From: Perkinsus chesapeaki ATCC PRA-425
Lineage: Eukaryota > Protista > Perkinsozoa
Assembly (NCBI GenBank): GCA_013115145.1
Contig: JAAPAO010000014.1
Coordinates: 77,854 to 141,853 of the forward strand
Length of the DNA: 64,000 nucleotides
Reading direction: 5' to 3'
Shown: positions 1 through 9,079 of the stretch, one piece after another
Layout of the letters: every line of letters starts with the position of its first letter
Numbering within the stretch: position 1 is the stretch's first letter
Notes under the pieces: model-generated
The model's database searches: none
Seen by the model: only the letters and a program-made list of their open reading frames with translations
Told to the model about the DNA's origin: nothing
Made by a program: the position numbers and the translations under genes

Positions 1-1183
1 CTTAACCCGGGAGCTATCACATTCTACCGCACACAAGGAGAAGTATTCCCCTTGCTTATACTGTGTAATGCAAACACCGTCCTCCCCCAGGACATCCAGC
101 TCGCGTGCCTGTCGAATTGGCAGTGCTAATTACAATTATTTCTTCTCTTTGTACAAGCTACTTCGTGTCCGTCGCCCCATTCGTAGAGGTTATCCCCGGG
201 AGTGAAGACGCAGCCGCTCCTGTTCCCTGCAGCTGATATGAATGTTATTTTTCGGGCACTACCGAGGGGAACGATCTGATGTAATCAGCGCGATACATGG
301 TTGCGTCCTGGAGCTTTTACTCGAGTAACTTGGTTATGCCCTTTAACGTCAGCGGCCGTAGGGCTTAGTTGTCCTTGCTGGTTCGAGCCGCATGAGAATA
401 GCTCGCCAGTATTGGTTAGGAAGAGAGCGTGTTCAAGGCCAAATGCCACACACCGCACTTGACGGGACATCCACGCTAGCCATGGCTTAGGCCTCGGGAG
501 GAGCCCACCGAGGTTCAACACCATCATGCTTCTAATGGGCCACGAGGGTTACGCTGCATAGCAGGGCATTATGCTTACTCGTGTTTGCTGGAGTGACTGG
601 ATAATGGTGTGGACAAGGCCCACACTCCGTCGGGCCCCGAGATTATCCTTGGTTGTGGGGGAGCCTCCTGAAGTACCCGTTCGAGCAGTCTAAGAGACTG
701 CGTTATTTACACTTGTCTCGTCGTCATCTTCCGGTGGGCATATCAATGACTCTATATCAACTCTAGATTGTCCAGCTTCATTAAGTAGTGCGTCTAGATC
801 GTTATATGCCGCGTCACCATCGCTAACGAGTAGCTAACACCAGTGTATCATCTCGGGGTAGCTGAGTCACGGTCCAACCTCGGTCCAGTGGATCTCTACA
901 GGCTGACCCTCTGCGAATTGGTGTTCTATCGGGTACCATTCGAACAGTCTAAAGTGCTTTGCTCGGATTGTCTTTGTCTGTTTTCCCCTACCTCTCATCC
1001 ATGGTCACAATGGTGACCTTATCTCCAGTTACCGATGCGTCTGCAACACCATCGACAGGGACCCGACAACGAAGCGATCTAAAGCGGCAAATTGAGGGAA
1101 TATGAGCAAACGGGTAGCTACTTTTGGTCCTGAGAAGGCCTGTGGGCGAAGCAGTAGGCCGATAACCTTGTATCAACTGTCAT
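1..1183 (-). CDS. RCC1/BLIP-II repeat protein, multi-exon, 3' end outside window
   Basis: Exon 285-527 encodes FGLEHALFLTNTGELFSCGSNQQGQL (RCC1 blade: H.L.L...G.LFSCG.N..GQL). Upstream exons traced by eye through GT-AG introns to an ATG at 1183 (MTVDTRLSAYCFAHRP...). Confidence 0.7.
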
Positions 1184-1204
1184 TGACGCATACACAACGC
1201 TTAG

Positions 1205-1260
1205 GCACGAATAGCTGGGAGAGCAGAGGCGCAGGTTCGAACCCCGGGAGCGGCATTTTT
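1205..1260 (+). pseudogene. Internally deleted tRNA-like element (A-box, B-box, T5 tract; no anticodon arm)
   Basis: gcacgaaTAGCTgggagagc...GGTTCGAACCCcgggagcggcaTTTTT resembles the ends of tRNA-Phe-type genes. The stems pair poorly and no anticodon arm is present. Confidence 0.4.
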
Positions 1261-1335
1261 ATGTCAACAACGCGATATTGCAAAATTGTGATCGCATCCG
1301 ATCCTTGCGTATCAAACCGCAGTTCATTCCCTACA

Positions 1336-3789
1336 ATGCAACCATCCCGTCGCATATATGCCAATGGACTAACTCGTCAAGTTCGCCGGCACAATGATCT
1401 CCAGAGTCGTCTCATTACCGCCGATAAAGAAGGTAAATAGCTATTCCCAAGGATGGTGGTCCAATGATTCTCAGAATTCGAAGAGGCTTGTCAAGAGCTC
1501 CTTTCATCGACCAACGCCTGCCCATCAGAGCTGCTGTGTGCTGCCGGCCGGGCCGTGGCCTCGACCAAGCTCACAGTGTCCCCGAGGACCAAGGAGGCTT
1601 TGTGTACCGCAGCTGGACGATTATTGGAGATCAGTACTAATTTAACAGCAAGTGATGTAGTAGGGACACTCGCATCACTGGCATCTGCCGGACGGGCCTC
1701 CGGGGTGGCTGCACGCCATCTGATTGATGGTCTCAAGGGACATCTACCCTCCATGGTCCCGAATATGAGCCCTCAAGAGCAACTCAAGGCCATTGCCGCC
1801 TTACAGAAGCTCAAGGAGCCCTTCAGCCCCACAGTCCAGCTGTTGCTCGACAACCTAGCCTCCAAAGCCGGGTTAGATACTCTCAGTGACTTTGCCTTGG
1901 CCTCTCTGTCCAGGACGGTTGCTACTTCGGGCTGGAAGGCAACTGGGTTCCCTGAATCGCTGGCGGCCTCGTGGAAGCGTCGAGTCCTGACCCATCGTGA
2001 GGTCAAAGCAAACGTGCACACCGCAGTGATATTCGCCCTTGGCAAAATAGCGGATAAGGGTGTCGTTAGGGATGCGCTGAGAACCTCCAACAGCTCTCTC
2101 GACTTTACCAATTTCACCTTCACGGAGCTGTCGCAGATCTTATGGGTTTATGCCAATAATGGCGACGTACACCCCGCAGAGTGCCTTTGGAAATGCCTTC
2201 TTTCAACGGTCTCAGTGGACGGTATGATTGCCTGTGGTAGGCAGACCATCGGTTATGCCTTCTGGGCCGCTGGAGTGATGTCCCAGAAGTACCAGGGGGC
2301 CGAGAGCATCTTGCCACTGCATCTCATCGAGGTCATGGCTGACAGCGTCGTACTAGGTAGCGTCAACGGTTTCCAGCCCTCCAGTGTGAGCTATATGGTT
2401 TGGGCAGCGGCCCTAGCCGGTGAGGAAGAGCGGGTCAAAAGCTTCTGTTGTCATATCCTTGGGGATAACTCGACACCCGAGGCCGTCGGAAGGTTCAAAT
2501 CTCTAGAGCTAGCGAACGTCTTCTCGACTATTCGCGCTTTGGGCCTGGAAAGTGCCGTCCCAGACTTCGCAGCATCTGCCCGACAGTACTTCCTGGAAGC
2601 TGCTGAAACTGCTGCTGGTACCGCGGCCAATGGAAGGGCATTCACCCAAGTAACATGGGCCATGGTACCTGACGGTGGCCCGGAGATAGAGGCATTTATG
2701 AAGTGGTTTGTGGCCAACTCGGCGGGAGTCAGCGTGAGGTCTCTGGTCAGGATGCTATGGGCTGTCTCGAAATGTGATGGGCTGGCGGAGACCACAGCGG
2801 GTCGGTCGGCCATGGTTGTTTCCTTGGTCCAAGCCGCTGGGGAGAGGTTTATGGGCGAGAAGGGAGACAGACTGGTGCAGCAGGATGTTGGTTTGATGGC
2901 ATGGTCGTTGGGTACTTTAAGATTGTCCCATTATGACTTGGAAGATAAATGTTGTTTATTTGGTATAGATATGTTATTTAATAATATAATAGATAGTCGA
3001 CATTTATCAATGTTACTTTGGGGTATAACATCTAATTCACATACATCACCAAAGGCACTACAACTTATCAAACATGTTGTATCAGCCGTTAACGCCGGCA
3101 GCATCACCTTCGACCCTGTCGACGTGGCGATGGTCCTCTGGGCTATGGCCGCCCTGGACGTCTATGATGAGTCTGCCTTCCGAACCCTCCTGTCGGTGTT
3201 GTCTGCCGGCATTGACCAGCTTCCCTCGACTGAGAGACGGTCTAGCCTGAGCAAAGCCCACCGGGCCTATCTATGGGCTGCCTCATCGCATGGATTTGTA
3301 TTTTCCTCCGAAGAGGTCGTTGGCATCGCTGAGGCTTTGGAAGAGTCCCAGCGATCTAGCGGTGCAGTCTGTGCCAACGGTGCCTTCCAAACGGAGGTCT
3401 GCCAGGCCCTAGCGAGAGTGCTTCGGCGATCAGTGCTACCTGACGCCGAGATTTTATCTGAGGTCGACCTTGCTCCTGCCCTACCTGGTTTGGTGGTTGA
3501 TGCTGCCATAGTCGATCCTAAGACAGGCTCGAGGGTCCTTCTCATCGAGGTGGATGGTCCCCATCACTACGTAGACGTCCTAGGCTCCACAGGGATAACA
3601 GCTCGGCAGTATAACGGTCAGAGCCGGCTAAAGCAGGACCTTATTCGCCGTGCAGGGCATAAACTCCTTTGCGTTGAAGATGCCAAGTGGCGCATCCTGA
3701 AGGATCCAGCCGCCCGGCACGAGTACCTGTCCCATGAGGTGGCCATGGCCCTCGGTTTGGGCTCAACTAAACAATTGTGTCCGACATGA
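1336..3789 (+). CDS. OPR-like helical repeat protein with C-terminal RAP domain, copy 1; join(1336..1432,1475..3789)
   Basis: A 42-bp GT-AG intron joins an Arg-rich N-terminus (MQPSRRIYANGLTRQVRRH) in frame to the 744-aa ORF. Repeated 'S.ILW..A' helical units. RAP signature VDAAI...IEVDGPHHY...KQDLIRRAGHKLLCV...W. Confidence 0.85.
2890..3076 (+). repeat. AT-rich in-frame cassette, copy in RAP gene 1 (partner 5590-5776)
   Basis: 187 bp with 2 mismatches to 5590-5776 (offset exactly 2700). Hand count gives 59/187 = 32% GC, against ~60% in the flanking coding sequence. Confidence 0.97.
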
Positions 3790-3851
3790 GTTTCCGATTC
3801 TCCTTTGCCTTCTGTTGCCTGCTCGTCAATAAGGCTCTCTGCTTCAGCTTC

Positions 3852-6462
3852 ATGTATGTCACCCGGCAGCTCAGATCGGCGCTATCGACTAAGGATGCTG
3901 GCCGCCAAGTGAAGGAGCTGCGCAAGCTTCTGGACTCCCGGGATCGAGGTCAGTTACCAGCTCTTGTGCCTAGTCTTGCTGCTTTAATAAATCGGGCTCA
4001 TCTACCTCCCCGATGGAGGGAGGCTCCAGATTCCATTAGCTCCTTGGTATCTTCGAAAGTTTGCGGGTCGTCCAGCTAGGCGCTGTTGTGGGAATAACTG
4101 AGGATGGCTTAGATATTCCAACACTCCCCTCTTAGGAACCTCCACAGCGGCCTGTAAGAGGGTAGCCGACATTCTCACCAACGCCTCCGATTCTCCCATT
4201 CGTCTGGAGTTCACACTATTGGCCGCTGCCCTCGGCAAATGCTCGCAGATGCCAAGCGGTCCCCAGCAGCAGCATCGGATGCTTACGGCTATCAGCGAGG
4301 CTATGATCCAGCGCCTGGAGGAAGACAAGTCCCATGGTCTCTCCCCCAAGAGGCTCGCTGAGACCCTCAGAGTAATCGCCGTCATTGGCAGGTCAGCTCC
4401 CGAGGCTGTGGTCAAGCTTCGCGGCATGTTGCGGCCCCAGCTGCTGCCTGCTATCCCAGACATGGCCGCACTCCAACTCCGACACGTTGCGTGGGCCATT
4501 AACAGACTGTCGTTGCCGTGGCGCGATGAGGTCCGCTTAGCCGTCTCCACCCTACTAGACCGCATTGGCGTATCATCTGTCGGCTCCGAGGAGCTGGCCA
4601 CCTTTGTCTGGGCTGCGAGTCGGATGGGGTGCTGCACCCCTCAGTTGGCTGCCACAGTAGCCCTTGATTGGACCGGTCGAATTAATAGCCCAGGTGTCAC
4701 CCCAGAGGCCCATGCCATGGTCCTGTCCTCGCTGGGGGCTACGGCCAAGACCCGAGACGATGTCCTGCTGCTTTTCGACACTTGCTCGGCCCAACTAGAC
4801 TTATCCTCCCTCAACACAAGCAGCCTAGCGTCCCTCCTATGGGCCTTCGGTCATGTCACCAATGCCCCTCTAAACGCTCGTGTCTGGAAGACCTGCTTGG
4901 CTACCTTCACTGAGGCCACCGTACGAGATTGTCCGCTATCCAGCCTCGGCAATGCCTGCTGGGCAGCCGGCACCATTTTCCAATGCACAAGCTCGGATCT
5001 GCCGCTGGTCTTCATCCGTCACATCTGCGGTCTGATCGCATCCAGCGATCTGGGGCCGTTCCCCTCCTCGGCTATCTCGAGCATCGTTTGGGCTGCAAGC
5101 CTCGCTAATGACGGCGGCCCTTGGGTCGAGGGTGTCTTCCGTCACCTCTTGGGCAACGGTACCTTCCCACTAGAAAAGGTGCATCTCTCATCACAGTGGA
5201 AGCCCCTCGAGCTGGCCACGGTCCTCGCCTCTATAGCCGACGCCAGCCTCGATCAAGCACTCTCAGGCTTCATCGACTTGGCAAGAGCATCCGTAGTCGA
5301 GACCGTCAATTCCTGGCCGTCGACCTCCCAGAACGCTCTCGCAGTCTCGCAGCTTTCTAGGGCTCTGTGGTCCTCTGGTGAAGTGGCCATCCTTCCCATG
5401 GTCGAATGGGCCCTGGCCAATGGTCACGTGCTGACGCCTCAGAGCGAAAGCAGGATACTGTGGGCTGCTGCCAAGATGTTTGAAGCCTCTGCTCTCCGGG
5501 AGCAGCCGGCCTGCGTAGTGGCCTTCATCGAGAGACTGTACCAACGATGCTGCGAGCGGCAGGCGCAGGAGTACTCCCAGCAAGATGTGGGTTTGATGGC
5601 ATGGTCGTTGGGTACTTTAAGATTGGCCCATTATGACTTGGAAGATAAATGTTGTTTATTTGGTATAAATATGTTATTTAATAATATAATAGATAGTCGA
5701 CATTTATCAATGTTACTTTGGGGTATAACATCTAATTCACATACATCACCAAAGGCACTACAACTTATCAAACATGCTGTCCATCGAATCGAAGATGGTA
5801 CCTTCCGACCGCTGCCCGCTGATGTCAGCCTTATTATTTGGTCACTCGCCGTCGCCGACCACTACAGCGACAGGGCCCTCCGACAGCTGCTGTGGGCTCT
5901 GTTCACCGATGGCGCGGTCATTAGCCCCGCAGCCCCACACACTGAGCGAGGGGCCTCTCTCATTAGACTTCATCGAGCCCTCTTGTGGGCCAGGGTCTGC
6001 CATGGCTTCGTACCAAATAACGAAGAGGAGGCCAAGCTTATGGCCATAGCCAAGGCCCAGAGGGTTCCTGGTGGTGGGATACTCAACAGCAGCACTTTGC
6101 AGCTGGAGATACGAACCCAGCTGCAGAACATCATCTCGACTGAGACGCCGACCGCTAGTCTTCGGGATGAGTACGAGCTGCCATGTCCCTTGGAAGGCAT
6201 CTTCGTCGACCTCGCCGTGATCGCTCCAGATGGCCGAGTGGAGCTTGTCGTGGAGGTCGACGGCTACTCGCATTTCTCGCAGGTGATCGGTTCGGGAACG
6301 CTGCCATCTCTGCAGTACAACGGTGCCACCGAGCTCAGCCGGCGGATACTGCGAAAGGCAGGGTACAGGGTCCTCAGCATCAACACTGTTGACTGGAATA
6401 ACACACAACGACATGAGAGAGGGCAGTTCTTGACAAGACTCTTCCGAGAGGCAATGTCATAG
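3852..6462 (+). CDS. OPR-like + RAP domain protein, copy 2; probable join(3852..4066,4113..6462)
   Basis: ORF 3777-4079 (MYVTRQLRSALSTK...) joins ORF 4219-6462 through a phase-compatible 46-bp GT-AG intron. Repeated 'LA..VWAA..L' units. RAP motif VDLAV...VEVDGYSHF...ILRKAGYRVLSINTVDW. Confidence 0.85.
5590..5776 (+). repeat. AT-rich in-frame cassette, copy in RAP gene 2 (partner 2890-3076)
   Basis: Direct sequence comparison; differs from the partner only at 5626 and 5668. Confidence 0.97.
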
Positions 6463-6541
6463 TGTTTCCGCAACCTTCAAGTTTCGCAGCTCTCTAGCTC
6501 TGAGTTGTCCTACTACCTCGCCAGGTTGGCAGTTCCACTTG

Positions 6542-9019
6542 ATGGCTTCGACCACCACAGCTGCCCTCTGGCAGCATGCACGGACATGTACCACGACAGT
6601 GGCGACTGGGCATGGGTTTGCTGCCATCTCGGACCCGTTCAAACTGCGCAAGATACTGCTGGATGCTAGCAGGCAGAAGAGGAAAAGCGGTACGTCTCCA
6701 CGGCCTGGGCATCTCATTGGTTCCCTTTCAGATATATTAGCAGTCTGCCGTCGGGCTCTGGTTCTCAGTGCCACAAGTGCGAATTCACCCTCCGTGAAGT
6801 TGCAATTGTTGACCACCTCACTTCACCGATTGGTCAAGCATTTTTATAACTCTCATGCGGAGCTTGTTGATTCCCATTGCGAGGAACTCTCGAAATCGCT
6901 GGAGCCCTCGGAGATTGCCATCAACGACATCGCTGATGTGCTGTGGTCCATCGGTATGGCCGGCGCGGCCTCTCCGTCACGCGCCGCCCTCTTGAGCATG
7001 ATGAAGCCCTCGGTACTCGGCCTCCTCGCTGGGGCCTCTCCAAGTCAGCTCAGCAACGTAGTTTGTGCCATTGCTAAACTTGACCTCGACTGGTCTGAGG
7101 AAATTACCGAATCTATGGCACAGTGTCGTGACCGACTTGGTATTGAAACCACAGCTGCTGGAGTCATCTCTAACATTTGCTGGGCAGCTGCTCGTACTGG
7201 CTGTCGTGATGATGCCTTCCTCAATGACGTGGCGGCGACTTGGCTCTCCCGCGACGCGAAATCTGTCCCGCCATCGGCGACAGCAATGGTCTTCTGGTCC
7301 CTCGGTAAGCTCGCGCCCGAAGCTTCCTACGTAGCCGACCTCTTTTCTAGAGCTCGCTCCCATGAGGGCCTGTTTTCCGGTTTCGGTCTTCGGGAATGCA
7401 CATCAGCCCTCTGTGGGTATGCTTACTCCGGGAAGGTTATCCCCAGTGTTGAGCTCTTCAAGTTGGCGTTCGGGTCACTTGAAGCGGCGAGCCAGGGGCA
7501 TGTCTCCACTCAGACCATCGCCAACTGTTGCTGGGCATCGGCGACGCTAGTGAAGCACCACGGGGATCAGATGATGGCACCTGCCAGCTGTCTCACCCGA
7601 GCATTAACGGAAACCATCTCTAACGCGCGAATAAGGTCCTTTAATCCACAGGAAGCATCCAATGTCTTGTGGGCCTCAGCGCAGCTGCTCGATGCCAATC
7701 ATGTGGCTTCAGTGGCAAGTGCCCTATTGCCAGCCAACCAGCAGCACCTCGCAAGCTACACCCCCCAGGACATAGCTGTGTGTCTAGCTGCATTGACCCA
7801 GGCTGGAGTTAGAGGGGCATTCGAGACCTTCTTCGTGTTGCCAGCGATGCAGAAGGTTCATCAGACTATTCACACTTGGCCCTCGGACAGCACTCACGTT
7901 CATGCCGTGGGGCAGCTGGCTTGGTCCATGGCCGGGCGGCAATTCCAAGCGATATCTCCACTCCTACAGTGGGCCTCGTCGAAGGCTATAAGCTCAGAAA
8001 CTTTTGTGAAGCTCCTCTGGGCCACCGCTTCGACCCCAGAGGCCCAGAGGGGCTCCTTGGTTACCCCTCCAGAGCTCCTGGACCTTCTCGACAAGAGGCC
8101 TGAAGGCACCCTCAACCAACAAGAGCTGGCATTGACTCTGTGGTCCCTTGCAACCCTACGACTGTCACACCAACAGCTAGAAGAGCAGTGCGCTATTGAA
8201 GCCAGAGAAATCCTTAGCAGTAGCGGCTCATCCTCAATCACCAGTGGGCACTTGTCAATGGTCATGTGGGGACTGGCCTCCAATTCACATCGCTCTGCAG
8301 CAGCAAAAGAACTCATCCAGGAGATTGTCGAGCAAGTCGGTTCAAGGCGGTACCGGTTTACAGCGGCCGACTCGCACCATGTCGCTTGGTCCCTAGCAGC
8401 GTCTGGCGTTTTCGACCCCGCAATCCTGGAATTGCTTCTGTCCGCGGCGGCCACGGTTGATATTGACAACACTGCCCTCCAAAAGGTGAACCAGCTCGCA
8501 CTGTGGGCTTCATCACACGGTTTTCGGCCTTCCCCAATGGTGGCTCATCTCTTAGCACGAGCATCTGTGGCAGCTAACATGGAGGCAACGGTTGCCGACA
8601 GTATATTCCAAAAGCAGATCGCTGCATGTCTGAATGCGGCTGTCGGCAGCATCAACACCTACAGAGTTTCCCCGGAACTCGATCTCACTTCTTTCGGTTG
8701 CCCCGGAGTCATAGTCGACCTGGCAGTTCTACGTCCCAGTGGCGCTCCTCAAGGCGAAGTGGCATTGATAGTTGAAGCCGATGGTCCTTCGCATTACATT
8801 AACGTGGTGGCTGACAAGGCCGTCCAAGGGCAAGTTCTAGATGGCAAAACCATGATGAGACGAGCCGCTCTGAAACGGCTCGGCTTTGCCGTACAGGATA
8901 TTAATATATCTCAGTGGAAGAGTCTGAGTCGGAGCGATAGGCAAGAGCTTGTCGATTGCATGGTCAAAGAGCAGTTGGATTACGGAGGAAAGCCTCCTGA
9001 ATTAAGTGGCTGTTTCTGA
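6542..9019 (+). CDS. OPR + RAP domain protein, copy 3
   Basis: 825-aa ORF from the ATG at 6542. Clear OPR-type units SFNPQEASNVLWASAQL, SYTPQDIAVCLAALTQAG and LNQQELALTLWSLATL. RAP motif VDLAV...VEADGPSHY...LKRLGFAVQDINISQW. Confidence 0.88.
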   Translation: MASTTTAALWQHARTCTTTVATGHGFAAISDPFKLRKILLDASRQKRKSGTSPRPGHLIGSLSDILAVCRRALVLSATSANSPSVKLQLLTTSLHRLVKHFYNSHAELVDSHCEELSKSLEPSEIAINDIADVLWSIGMAGAASPSRAALLSMMKPSVLGLLAGASPSQLSNVVCAIAKLDLDWSEEITESMAQCRDRLGIETTAAGVISNICWAAARTGCRDDAFLNDVAATWLSRDAKSVPPSATAMVFWSLGKLAPEASYVADLFSRARSHEGLFSGFGLRECTSALCGYAYSGKVIPSVELFKLAFGSLEAASQGHVSTQTIANCCWASATLVKHHGDQMMAPASCLTRALTETISNARIRSFNPQEASNVLWASAQLLDANHVASVASALLPANQQHLASYTPQDIAVCLAALTQAGVRGAFETFFVLPAMQKVHQTIHTWPSDSTHVHAVGQLAWSMAGRQFQAISPLLQWASSKAISSETFVKLLWATASTPEAQRGSLVTPPELLDLLDKRPEGTLNQQELALTLWSLATLRLSHQQLEEQCAIEAREILSSSGSSSITSGHLSMVMWGLASNSHRSAAAKELIQEIVEQVGSRRYRFTAADSHHVAWSLAASGVFDPAILELLLSAAATVDIDNTALQKVNQLALWASSHGFRPSPMVAHLLARASVAANMEATVADSIFQKQIAACLNAAVGSINTYRVSPELDLTSFGCPGVIVDLAVLRPSGAPQGEVALIVEADGPSHYINVVADKAVQGQVLDGKTMMRRAALKRLGFAVQDINISQWKSLSRSDRQELVDCMVKEQLDYGGKPPELSGCF

Positions 9020-9079
9020 GCTTCTTGTTTCACACAGTGACTGTATCTTTTCGTGTTTACCACTGCGGCGTATTATAAC

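Noticed and set aside
1184-1255. Functional tRNA (including tRNA-Sec)
   Set aside because: No anticodon arm, and the acceptor and T stems have several mismatches. Kept only as a relic.
3786-3789. ATGA start/stop overlap between RAP genes 1 and 2, like bacterial translational coupling
   Set aside because: The intervening codons are the pyrimidine-rich spacer. The ATG at 3852 after an AG gives a more plausible leader in a spliceosomal-intron-bearing eukaryote.
4002-4637. Long antisense or alternate-frame ORFs over the RAP genes (also 5842-6414, 7900-8472 and 10193-10576)
   Set aside because: Expected shadows of GC-rich coding sequence; no domain-like content.
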